A stretch of 63,292 nt of DNA, the filler included, from Intoshia linei (lineage: Eukaryota > Animalia > Orthonectida), in the NCBI GenBank assembly GCA_001642005.1. It is 5 parts of 5 records of this genome, joined end to end, with 100 filler letters (N's around TTAATTAATTAA, not from the genome) between each part and the next. Parts side by side here need not be neighbours in the genome. Positions count along the whole stretch, not along the records: positions 1 to 21,843 come from LWCA01000621.1; 4 more parts are not named here. The stretch is one strand, 5' to 3'. The translations under genes and the position numbers were made by a program. This document shows, one piece after another, positions 1-13,700 of this stretch. The notes under the pieces were generated by a model. The model was not told the DNA's origin and did no database searches. It saw nothing but the letters and a program-made list of their open reading frames with translations. Position 1 is the stretch's first letter. Each line of letters starts with the position of its first letter.

Positions 1-254
1 GATAAAAAAATTAATAGAATTAAGTGACTATTTTTTAAATTATTAATGTTTTTATAGTTTGCATAATAACTTAAAACGCAGTGTAAATGTTATTCTAGTT
101 AATCTAAAAAAAAATTAATTTCAAAAATCTACATGTATATAGTCCTAGTCAAATATAACACAAATATGAAAAGAAAAATCTTTGCGTTACAACTTATGAA
201 ATTGTTAACAGAATTGAATACTATTGAACGAAATGAAGCGGAATATATGAAAAA

Positions 255-620
255 TCCTAGCTTATATAATATGCTACGCGATTTTTGTTTGTGTGGGTGT
301 GTGTGATCAGATTTATTTAAATAACTACCCGACTTAGAATTTTATAAAGTCCACATTTCAATTACAGTTTTTTTCGTAGGTGTTCGCAAACTTAATTTCA
401 ACTTCCGAAACTCACATCTTACGGTTCAAAAACCCCAATTGTCCTTTTTTTTAAAAATAAAACATCATGGAGAATTTAAAAAATATATACGCTGATACGC
501 ATTTTAAAATCATTAACATTATCATAAATTTAAATTCATTAAATCTTCAGGGCCAAAACCACAAATAACCTTCTTTTTTAATTAAAACAGCCCTAATTTA
601 AATGTATCTATTCTAAGCTT
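255..620 (+). mobile_element. 5' portion of non-autonomous Helitron
   Basis: A|TCCTAGCTTATATAATATGCTACGCG followed by a GT microsatellite; same block as 42275, 27978, 47080 and 62786. Confidence 0.7.
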
Positions 621-1774
621 AAATTTAAATTTATAATTTTAAAATCCAATTTTAAAATTACTCTTATAAATGGTCAAATCTGCTAACTTATATCCAGTTC
701 ATATTATGTATTGCATAAAATTTAAATATAAAATAGCAATAATTCGAGAAATTAAATCGTTAATAAAATCCAAAAAATTAAGCTAGAAACAAATTTAAAA
801 AAATGAACTGTATAAATAAATATAGAGAACAATATTATAAAGTCAGTACCACGTTTAAAAGCTCAAACGCCAATTTCCGGTTAAATAAAGTTCAGTTTTA
901 ATTTCTCCGAATTTCAGATTTTCAACATAAATATATTTTTAGTAAAATAAAAATGTGCCCTCATCAAAGCTATATAATGTTTATACATAGTACATAACAC
1001 TCAATTTAGTTTACAAATATATTAATGGGATAACACACACAGACAAACAAAGCATATTATATAATTGAAAATATATTTATAACGATTTTTTAAGATTGTT
1101 CTGTTTTTATTTATTTTTATCATTAAAATTATTTATGGTTTGGAGATAACATTATAAGCTACAATTTTTTTTTAAATTCTGGAAAAAATTTCATTTTTTA
1201 AAAAATGAATATCAGAGTTTTTATATTGAAAATAAACTTTTCTCAGGTTGTGATTTATTATAATGCTTACTTTGATTATTATATGACACTGAAATATAAA
1301 TATAAACACGTCCTGAGAAAAACTGTATTAGATATTGGAATTTTAAATTTTTTAAATTCTGTGACAGTCAATTTTTTAAATAAACGATAACACACAGATA
1401 GACATTCAATATTATATAAGGAAGTGATAATTATAATCTAAATGGTGGACGTCTAACAATGTCTGTTATAGTCATTGCTACATGTACTATTTGGGTGATC
1501 AATGAATCAATTATTGTTAGTGAAAATATATGTCATAAATAAATTTTCATTATTCTTTAGTTGTAAGGCTTTTATTGCATCGTAAAATATTTATAGCTTA
1601 TACTTTATGTTATACCGAGAAAAAAGTTGTTAAAATCACCCATCTGGTAATTCTCGTTATATTTTTTGCTCGGTAGTTCATGGGTTAAGGTTATTTTATG
1701 TCGATTAATATGAATCGATAAATTTATATTGATAATGATAGATTGCCAACACTAATTGCAATTGAGTATATTAC

Positions 1775-4700
1775 CAGGTGTGGATATTGATGGTTTAGTT
1801 TTCTGTGTAATCGATGTTTTTTGTTGAATAGTTGTTTCTTGAGGTGTAGTATTTGTTGATATGTCAGTAGTCGTTGATATTGTAATTTCTTCTAATTATA
1901 TATAAATTAAAATTTAAAAAATTAAATAAAGTAAATTAAAGAAATTAAGTCCTATTGAATATACAATTTAATATACAATTAACAATTTAATTTCTCAAAT
2001 TGTGGCTATTTACTTTATTTAAATTGTATTCAAACAAAAAATATTATCAAAAAAAATTGAGCTAGAAACAAATTTATAAAAATAAACTGTATAACTAAAC
2101 ATTGAGAACAATATTATGAAGTTTGTATCACGTTTAAAATGTCGAACGCCAATTTCTATTAAAATAAAGTTCAATTTTAATTTTTTAATACAGCCTGACC
2201 CCAGTTTGGGGCGCACCTTGGCAGCGGGCACCCTCGATTTTTGGGGAACTTTATTTTTTTACAAAAATTTTAAATCAACATGGTAAACGATAAATTAAAT
2301 TATGACACAAAATTGGAAATAGCTATTAAAAGATAAAAAGTTACATTTGTTTTTATCTTATATTATGTAAATATTAAGTTGTTATTGTCTTGTCTCAATA
2401 TTCATGCGTTTATCAAATTTTCAATTCTATTTATATTTTTTTTAATACAATAGTACTATAAAAATCTATTTTTAAAATAAATGCTTAATTTTTTGTGATA
2501 TACCCCATCAACGAATCTTTATCAACTTTCTTTACTATGATTAAATACTGTCATCGTTCAATTAATTTAATACATAATAGAATCTTATCATTACCCTCAG
2601 TTTTTGGGGCACTTTTCAAAAACGGTGCCCTAACACAGGTTTATACTGTATATAGTATATATAAAGAAAACTTTAAATGATCAGGCTAACTTCACCCTTA
2701 TGAGTTGGCTGAAAATATTTTATAATAGTTATTATTTTAGTAATACTATAAATTTAAGCCCCAAGGATATTTTTTTTAAATACCCATGAGACACCTTAAT
2801 GTACATAGTGTAATATGTTACCTGTCAGAAGAATGGCGCCAAATAATTTGAAAATGAAATTTATTTAAAAAAATTAATAATAATAGAAACAATAATAGTT
2901 TCATTTTCAGTATAATATACTATCGAATCGTAATTTCTAGGCCTTGAGAAAATTATTAATTCATTAACATAAAATTTTAATCGTAATTTAAAATAGCGTC
3001 ATGTATATTTCCATCTGATCCGCGGATTTTTTTTAGTTATTCCGACCCCCATGTCAAAAAGTTTGGTGGCCACTGGCAAAAATAATTAAAATTGTTCTTG
3101 AATTTAAAATTTTAAAATGTATGAGGTAAAATAGTTTTTTTTGCAGGTGATGTTCATATCACAGTTTTATTTTTCGAATCTTAATTCTTCAGTATTATAA
3201 ACCCAACTTGGTCTTTTTTTAAAAATAAGTGTAAACATTTCTTCTAAACATTTTATTTCTGCCTAAATTTCAAAATTGAGGTCAATGTTATAGATCAATA
3301 ATAAAAAATAAAAATTGAATCACAATATTAATTTTCTTAAAAATTGCATATTATGTGTATAGATATTTAAGATAATTTAATTTAATTATTTAAATGATAT
3401 ATAATCATTTAGAATCGCACATAAATACTGAGACGTAATTTTTAATCAAATTAAAAAAAAATTCGTTTGAAAAACCTAATACATATATAATTCCATACCA
3501 CAAAATCGACAAGTATATTTACAATATTGATGCATAGTTGATTTCATTTTTGGTTCATCACAGTATGTTCTGTATGAACCACATTGGTCGGATATGTCTT
3601 GGCAATCTAGTAATCATGTTATAACACATTTATATTAAAAAAACGTTATTATTATTAAATGATTTATTACGTAATAAGTAATACTATTTTTATATAATTC
3701 GATAATGCGAAGCTTTATAACACATGTCAATATATACGATATAAATTATATTAGTTTTACCTGATATTACAGTAGACGTTTCATGTGTATTATGTTGACT
3801 AGTTGGTTTTTCCTGGTCTGTCGTTTTCGTTGTATGTGAAGTTGAGGTTCGACTGACTTTATCTAATATATAGATTAGGATAGTGAGATATAACAGGTTC
3901 GCCGAAAAATATTGAAAAATTGTAAAATTTAATAAACAGACTAAGCTTAAAATATGTATACATAATATAAGCCTATACTTATATACGTTCTATATATATT
4001 ACTTCTGAATAATGACTGAAATTCCAAACGGACGGTAACATATATACTAGGTCCTAGTAACTATGGTGAATCACTATACAATCAAATAAAAACTATTTTT
4101 GAATATAAGTCCCATTTCATTTGTAAATCAGTTCTAGCATCATTTTTTTTTAAATTTTGAACTTATTCCCCTGCCTCGGCTTCAACAATTTTTATATTTT
4201 ATTTTAAAAATAAAGTCTAATTTAAATAAATAAGTTTAGTTTATATTTTATTAATAATGTTAATACTAGAAAGTATAGTATACTAATTACAATTATCAAC
4301 TCAATTTTATCGCAGGTATTTAATATATTACTTATTTATATCTGGATTTATTTATTATGTCACCAAATATATCTAAAAAAATTTACGAAATTTAAAAGCA
4401 TATGGAAATGAAATTGATAAATGAAATTATTTGTTACGCGTACCTACTTATTCACTAATATTGGAAAGATACCACACTATTCAAAAACAATCAAATTCAA
4501 CAGATAAAACTGAGAGACAGATTTGTTATATTGTGGCATCTGAACTACATTCAATTTGGTTGAAATTATCTTTAGGTCCTATTGAAAAGGGAGTCGTTAC
4601 ATTGAAAATTAATAAATTTGTAGAAGATTTTAAAAAATATCAGAAAAGAAAGAATAACGTTAAATTTGAAAAAAATATTGAAACAACTACGATAGCATCA

Positions 4701-7700
4701 TTGATATTTGAAAATTGATATGTCTTTGGACCACCAAAGATGATACAGACGTATATGGGTACTCTATTCGAATGTGCAATTATTAAAGAACTATGTAATA
4801 TATTTAATATAAAAAAAAGAGTTACAAAGCCGTATGTTCATGAAGAAATCGGTAAAGTCGAACGCTTAAAAAGAACTTTACAAGTAAAATTACGAATAAA
4901 ATGTAAAAATAATTTCGAACCATGGGGTGATCAAAGTGCGAATATCATATTCTCAATCCGAATTACGTCGAGTAGATCGACTAACCTATCTCCTCTCGAA
5001 ATATTATACGGAACTACCTATATGTTTACCTGTAGTACTGAAAGAAAGAAAACACCAGAGAAAATCGTTAAAAATCTTTCTAACTATAGGAAAGCGTATA
5101 TGTCTAAGATGAAAAAGAATCATGATAAGATAATGCAAAAAAGTAAATCTCATCATCATTAACCAAATGTACCTATTAAATCAAAAAACCAAACCATTTA
5201 TTGGGAAAAAAAGACCCGTTAAAATTCCCACTCAATATAATGATTATGAGTTGAATATCATCAATAATATCAATTCAAAATCTCCACCCACATTAACTGA
5301 CTATGATCAAGAACGTCTAAAATCATTAGATAAATATATTTATTTGCAATAAGAGGCCAATCAGCGTTAGGCTATTATGAAATCGTTGGAAATTGAACAT
5401 CAATTATTTTCTACGTGAATGTTTCTTCCTTTCAAACCACTCTAATTCTAGAAAGAGAGATGTAGTATCTATGAAACTTTCTTAAATATCACTTGTACTT
5501 TACTTTAATTGAATCGTAAATTTAACTTAATTTAATAAAAGTTTTACTGTTTAAATGTCTCTTAATATTCTTACAGAATCACAATACCATGTTGTTTTTT
5601 TTAAATTGTATGATCAATATTTCAATTTTCAATTTTAATCGAAATAGTTGAAAAATATTGGTTGATAATATATTAAAAATTATTTTTCACCGGGAATGCG
5701 TAGATTTCTCGGTTTGACATTTTGTATTTATATCAACTGGAATAAGCTGTATCATAATAATCTTTTTTTTTTCTTGTCGAAAACTTAATTATTTTACATT
5801 TTTTATTTTAATAAAATAGATTCAACATAAAAAAATATTAATAAAAATATGTACTATAGTGTTGTTTTGACCGTGAAGGCGTCAATTATTCAGATATAAT
5901 TTTTTGTGTGTTAAAAGGATACAACTGTATCACCTGTAATTTATGAAGTATGAAGTAAATAACTATCTATCTGAATTGTTATATAATTATTCTTAGTCTT
6001 ATAATTAGTTTATATATATATTTAATTCAATTAAATCTAACCCGTGTTAGATGTTGACGTGTGAGTGTTGCCATATGTACTACTTGGTGTCTCCTGAATG
6101 GTTGTTTGATGTTCTGTATAAGTTTTACAAATATATATAGAAAAATATATCTAATAATGATTAAATTACCACAAAATCCACATTTCATAGGACAGTAAGT
6201 TTTCATAGTTTCAATCATTCGTTCAATTTTACAATATTTTTCATACTCATGACATTTGTCAGATCGGTCAACACAATCTTGAATTAATTAAATAATATCA
6301 ATGAAAAATAATATTTTCAAATTAAATAATTGAATTGTTAAGCTAATTTTATTAAAAAAAATATGTTACTTGGATCAGTATTATCAGTGGTTGTGGTACT
6401 GCTACTATTATGATCGGACGTCATTGTACCTTTTAAGTAACATAATTGTATAATAAACTATATACGTTAGTATGACCACAGAAAATAAGTACAAACAAAG
6501 GTATTTATTTGATGTTAACTTTCAAGTCAAAATTACCAATCTATATTCACAAAAAAAAATTATTTAACTTAAAATGTATTCCAAATTCAAACGAAACATT
6601 GATTATACTTATTTTTTTGGTCAAACTAAATTAGTATTAATACAATAATATTTATATTACTATTATCAATTATTCAACTTCGGATGGATACCTAACTATC
6701 ATATAATATCATACCTAATCTATATAATTCATTCCTTCGGATCAATTTTCATTGCTACGCAATTTTTAAATTTCAAATTCTCATTTTCAAAAAAATTTGA
6801 ATAAAATTTAATAGAAACTACAACAACGAAACTTAAAGTCATACAACTTTGTTAATATCATTTTTATATTTATTAAAATCCATTGCAATATTGGTAAAAT
6901 TCGAGTGAAATATGTTTATAAAGTCAAGACTCGGTTAATTATTGATACATAATTGGTATATATTAAATTGGTACTAAATATATATCATCACATTGAAAAT
7001 GACAAAATATGTTTTTATAATATTTTTTCTGGAATTTATGCTATTTATGACAATTTTTAGGATTTGACTGTTTTTACTTTATTTTTAATATTATACACAC
7101 ATTCTGTCGAATAAATTAAAAAAATAAAATGAAAATTGTTTTTAAAATTTTAACAAAAAAATTAAGATGAAATAATTCACATTAAAGTAAAAAGTAATGT
7201 GATATGATGGTTCCACCTGAAAAAGTTTTGTGAACCACTACTTTAAATGATTGATAATAGTGAATAGTAAGATTTTTAAGTTAGATTTTCAACGTGAATT
7301 TATTTTTATACATTCAACAATTGTTATTTAAATAAATAACATTTATTTTAATTTGTATACTAAATTTTATAAATTTTTATTTGTATATACATATCAATTT
7401 CAAATTCTTTATATATGGCACACAAAACAAGATTCAAATAATGCTAGGATTAGGTTTAATAGCTTAATTTATAATTTACTTGGTGAATATTATTATTCAT
7501 AACCACTATTTATATTGTAAAAAGAAAATATTTTAATATTAATTACATTAGATTAAATTTAAACTGTTAAACCATAATATCCGCCTAATTTAATATATTA
7601 ATCATTACTAATTATTGGAGATGTATATGTTGAACGAAGATACGTTAAAGTAGACGTAAAGCTGGAATGAGTGTTTCCAATACTGTTTGTACTTGTTGGT

Positions 7701-10700
7701 ATTGTACCAGTGAAATCATTTGTCGTCAATGGTGAAGTTGTACTTGTACGATATGTGGTAATAGGACTCGTATAATATTTAGATGTAGTTAAAGTTGGCG
7801 TTGTGGTTGACGATGCATCTGTATTTGTAACCATATTGGCTTAATTAATACATTTAAATAAATTAAGAAATAATATATAACAATAATTAAATTTATATTT
7901 TATTAAAATAGTAGTATATTAGTATAATATTTTAAAGATGTTTCTAATTTTATAATAATATTAATGTGTTTTTTAATGGTATCATTACTAAAATTGTCGG
8001 ATAAATAAAATCCCTTTTCGTGGCATGCTTTGCAACATCTCGTCGAAAAATCTTTTGTAAAACAAATAAACTGTTTCGCTTTAACAAGATTGTCGCAGTT
8101 ATCATAATAATTTTCACAATCTCAATTATTATTTATAAAATATTAATGATATTTTATAATAATAAAAATAATAAATACCTATTGGGACAGTTCTATCATT
8201 ATTAAAAAATAGACGTTCTTTACATGATAATGAAATAGTAACTATTGTATATATTATAAAATAAATAAGAGATATGACTATTCAACTCAATCCGGTTAAA
8301 TAATTATCCCAATGTTTATGAAATTGTAAAATGCAGCCTAGGTGTTTATTTAATATTTAACTACTTTTCTACATAATGGTATAATGTGGCGACCGCATAT
8401 CAGAGAATCAACAAAGCTTAGTGCTTAAATGGTGTATATTGGTGAAATAGATGCATCAAAATTTTATATTCAAAAACTTTAATCGATGAGAGTTAAACGA
8501 AAGAAAATTAAAAATAAAGATTATATTGTTTTAGTATAAATTTCAATTTAGCTTTATAATCATAGATTTTTTAAAAATAGAATCGTAATTAGTGATTATT
8601 ATTAGAACACAATATTAAACATATACTAAAAAATTGATATATTTTTTCGTTCTTCCAATAATAATCCAATAAATCTTAGAAATCGTGAAGGCATAAAATT
8701 AAAAACCAAACTACAATTAAAATTGCATCCTCTTTCAACTTTGGACAATCAGCCAGAGGGTGTATTCAATCGAAAAAAAATAAGTTTATTGAGAAAGTAA
8801 GGTACTACTAAAAAAACAAACAAAAATGTACTCATTTTAATAATTTAAAAACTAAACTTTCAACATTTTTACTATAATTAAATTAAAAAATTCATTTTTG
8901 TACGAAATATTAACGATTTTTGCACAATGTGCATTGCACCTAGTTACATTTTACAATTGATGATTATATTAGAAATGATATAATTGATCATTTTTCAGTT
9001 TTGCGCACAATTATAAATTGGATAAATCAATACAATCACAAATTCATAAAACATTACATTTTGGTCTATATTTTTCATTTATTTCTACACATTCCGCATG
9101 TATGCACCACTATTTAAGTATATATATTTAATTTATGGGCAATTCCATGTGAAAACGATAAATGGTAGTAACCTGACACCTTCAATTTAGATAAAAATTT
9201 GTATAAACGATGACTAGGGCACTTAATTGCACAAGTGAAAATTTTATAGGTGTAACGGTTGATATGGTGAAGTTATTTATGAATAATCTACAATTTAATG
9301 AAAAAATTAAACATGCATATTTTAAAGTTTATATGATTAGACAAAATTAAATATAAAATGAACTATAGATAGGGTACATATGTAATAATATGTCTACATT
9401 CATATTAAATTGATTTTTCAAACATATTAATAATTAATATTTAATTAACATTATTAAAATTAAATTATCTGTAATTTTCGATCTGGATCATGATAAATAC
9501 AATTTCCTGTATTACAGTAAAGCTAGTATTGTCAACAATGTATATTAAAAATTAGGAGGGTAATTTGCTTAGTTTTTACACTTCACCTTTTATAACATAA
9601 CTCGGTTGACAGTTATGTACTACGTACAAACATGACCTATCTCTGCCGAGGGAACATTTTTATTATACTTAAAAAATAAATTTACGTTGAAAATCTAATT
9701 TAAAAATTCTACTATTTACTATTATCAATCTTTTAAAAGATTGGTTCTCAAATTAGTTTATAATATATAATATTAAAATATGTAAATACTAAAATGTTTT
9801 TATGACCGTGAAGTCATCACTTATTCAGATTGAAATTTTTTGTGTGTGTTAACTGGATACAACTGTACCACTTGTAAATTTTTTTAAATTCTAGGGCTGT
9901 TTTCATTAAAAAAAAAATGTAATTTGTGGTTTTGGCCCTGAAGATATAATTTTTTTAAATTTAAATTTACGATAATGTTTATGATTATAAAATGCGTATC
10001 AGCGTATATATTTTTTTAAATTCTCCAGCTCGTTTGATTTTCAACAATAAGGACAATTGGGGTTTGACCGGTAAGATGTGAGTTTGGGAGGTTGAAATTT
10101 ATCTTATTATATGTCATGGAAAAAACTGTAATTAAAATGTGACTTTATATAATTCTAAAACTGGTAGTTATTTCAATAAAGTGGAACACACACACTCAAA
10201 CAAATATCGCGTAGCATATTATATAAGTAAAGATTATTATATAAAATTGTATATTATTTTATGATATCATAGTAAAACTTGAAATCTATTTTGAAATCCA
10301 TATTAAGAATTAACCTTTTTATGCCACTAATTAATGAAATAATTAAAAATTTGTATTTTTTAAAAATGACTATGTTCTTATAGCGTGAATGTATATTTCA
10401 CTGTAAAGATATTAATATTTTAATTTCTCATATAGCCGTATAAGATAAATACATTTTTTCATACAATATATCAATGTTTTAATATATCGTCAAAATCAAA
10501 AAGGGTCAGGATACTAATTTTATAAAACTTTTTCGTTTTCAGCTGGCATTGCTCTTATATTATTTTTAATGATATATCAGAAACTATTAACTATATATCC
10601 TATCGATAGGCCAATAATATTAATTCGATTATGGATTAATTTCATGGAACTGTGAATATCCTGTTGATAATCCTGTTACTGATAATTTATTATTAATATT

Positions 10701-13700
10701 CTTAACTTAGTTTAAGATTTTTTCACATCCTGTTGGCATATTATTTTACCTTGTTTACAAAAAACGTTTGTAAACAAAAATTAAATATTTTGATTTAGAT
10801 TTTATATTAATTAATCGAATAATATATTATTCGTTGTCTCATTTTTTTCGTATGTATTGTATAGGCAGTATTGAAATTTTTAGCTTTTTAGAACCCCAAT
10901 TAACTTTTAACCGCCCTAGTTGGAAGATACTCTGATTTATATCACACAAATTTTCAAAATATTCATAGCTAACCTTGTTATCACCGCAATGAGTTCCTTC
11001 TAAAATTGAACCATAAGGTAATGATTTGCAATTATTTTCATCAATCTGACAAAATGGAGCATAACAATTATCAGAAACATGGTCAAACTAAATTGATACG
11101 TTAAAATATTTATCCTTCACCCATATAAAATACAACGTCTGTGTGTTACCGTTTATTTAAAAAATTGACAATCGTATAATTTAAAACAAACCAATTACTA
11201 ATACAGCTTTTACCAGGACGTGTTTTTATCAATTTTTCAGTTTCAACATTTGAGTCCTTCACGGTCAAAAACTCAATTTGCCCTTTTGTTTTTAAAATAA
11301 AATCAACCCAAAATTTTAATAAAACATACACTCTAGGGTGCATTTTAAAACCATCATCATTACAGTAAATACCAGCCTATTTAACGATTAATTTAATAAT
11401 TATTTACTTTTTTATTATCAATTTTAATCTAACATCTCAACAATATTGAATAATAATACATTATTTGTTTTTATGATATATTAACAATAATTTAAAAATC
11501 GGGAATGCGTAAATATGCAACTGGAATAAGTTGTATTACAATAATCTTTGTTTTTAATAGTAAGATCGTTAATTATTTCAATATTTAGTTTTTTTATAAA
11601 ATAGTTTCGTAATAATGAATAAAAAATATGAATACTAACCTTTTTTGACCATAAAGACAATGATTTTCACTTTATTTGAGATTGAAATTTTTTGTGTGTG
11701 TTAACTAGATATAACTGTATCATCTGTTATTTTTTTAAAATTATAGGGTTTTTTTCATTTTTAAAAAAAAGTAATCTGTGTTTTTTAGAGTGCAAATGAT
11801 TTTTTTAAGTTGATATTTATGATAATGCTTATGAATTTAAAAACCATTCAGAATATAGGTTGTATAAAATTCTAGGTTTTTCTTAATTTTTACAAAAAAG
11901 GTCAATTTGGGTTTTGCCCGTAAAAATATAAGATTATAAAATTAAAATTATCATAATATTAATGAATTTAATACTTTTTATTAGAATGTGTATTTTTTAT
12001 AAACCTGACTGTTTCAATTTAAAAATAAATGGCAATTAGACGGTAGAAATACAAAATTTGTAAAATCGACTCCTCTTACTTTCCTAAATAAACTAAAACA
12101 AATAAACAAACAGACATACATTTTGAACCATTTTACTTTATATAAATCAGGATAATATAAATTATACCGTAAATTATGCGAGGTAAATATTAAATCTCAC
12201 AACTTAACTTATAGCGGGATTCAATGTACCAATAAATTTTGTGTGTGTGTTAACAGGATACAAGTGTACCACCTGTAAATTTTTTTAAATTCTAGGGCTG
12301 TTTTCATTAAAAAAAGAAGGATAATTTGAAGTATTTGCCCTGAAGATATAATTTTTTAAATTTTAATTTATAATAATTTTCATGATTTTAAAATCCGTAT
12401 CAGTGTACATATTTTTTTAAATTCTCTAACTTGTTTGATTTTCAACAAAAAAGACAATTGGGGTTTTTGACCCGTAAGATGTAAGTTTGGGAGGTTGAAA
12501 TTTATTTTGCGAATACACCCGGAAAAAACTGTATTTGAAATGTAAACTTTATAAAATTCTGAGACGGGTAGTTATTTAAATAAAATGGAACACACACACA
12601 CAAACAAAAATCGCATAACATTATATAATATGTAAAATTATAATATTATATTAATATAATTATATAAGTAAGGAACACATTGTCAAAATTCTATTAAAAA
12701 TAATATGTAATTACACCAAAATTAAATCTTATCCATAGCAAATTGGTATAATATAATAGTAAACGGGAAATGAACTATAGTTAGTATTTTATTTTTGTAT
12801 GAAAACTTTAAAAAAGCCTTTTACAGAAATTTGAAATTCCGTATTGATCGCGAAAATTAAAATGATTCCGATTAAGATTAAATTTAGTTTATGATGAGAT
12901 TCAACCTTATAAATTATATAATTTTCAGTAAAATGGATTAATAATTACGCTTAACGCTATTATCGAAAGTGCATATTCACATCATCAGTAATTCGTGTTA
13001 TCAGTATTTTCTCATCAGTATGTTTTTATCAGTTTTATGTCAATTGTTTTAATAATTTGTAATTTGAGATTAATATTACATATAATTAGTATTAAATTTA
13101 ATTGATTATGACATATTTTATATATTGGTGGTAGAATCTTTCATATTTTAAACATATTTTGGCTGAGCAAAATATATTAAAATTATTTGATAATGTAGAA
13201 AATAGAATATTACTAGAGAATCTTTAGGATATATCTCTTAATAATAATCACTCGAATTATAAAAAAAAAATCATATTTCCAGAGATTATTATTAATTGAA
13301 AAATAATTTTAATCTCGTAGATAATAATACAAACCGTGATAATACTACAATATTCAAACTTATTTTCTGGCAATACTGTTTCCTGTATCGTCACGTTTAT
13401 AATTATCATTTTTATTTTTAATGCTATATATATTGGTAATTGTTATATATTGGTGGTAGAATCTTTCCAAAAAAAAGAAAATATATTTTGGCTGAGCAAA
13501 ATATATTACATTTAGTTGATAATGTAGAGAATATAAAATTACTAGAATATCTTCCGGGTATATCTCTTAATTTTGAATAAATATTTTAATCTTTATAATT
13601 TACATTAATTTAATTAATTAATTATATATTATGTTAATAAAATTTAATTTGTTTCAAATATTATATTGTTCATTTACAACTGGACAACTTCACCTATCTA

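Noticed and set aside
8020-8205. Plus-strand ORF (likewise 21190-21465, 26017-26211, 27232-27432, 37628-37852, 60188-60457)
   Set aside because: Antisense shadows of real exons or transposase relics on the other strand.
8179-8435. Possible extra small protease exons (NCPN microexon; SLSFVDSLICGRHIIPLCRK)
   Set aside because: Phases do not fit, and the exon ending 9058 joins 8120 in frame without them.
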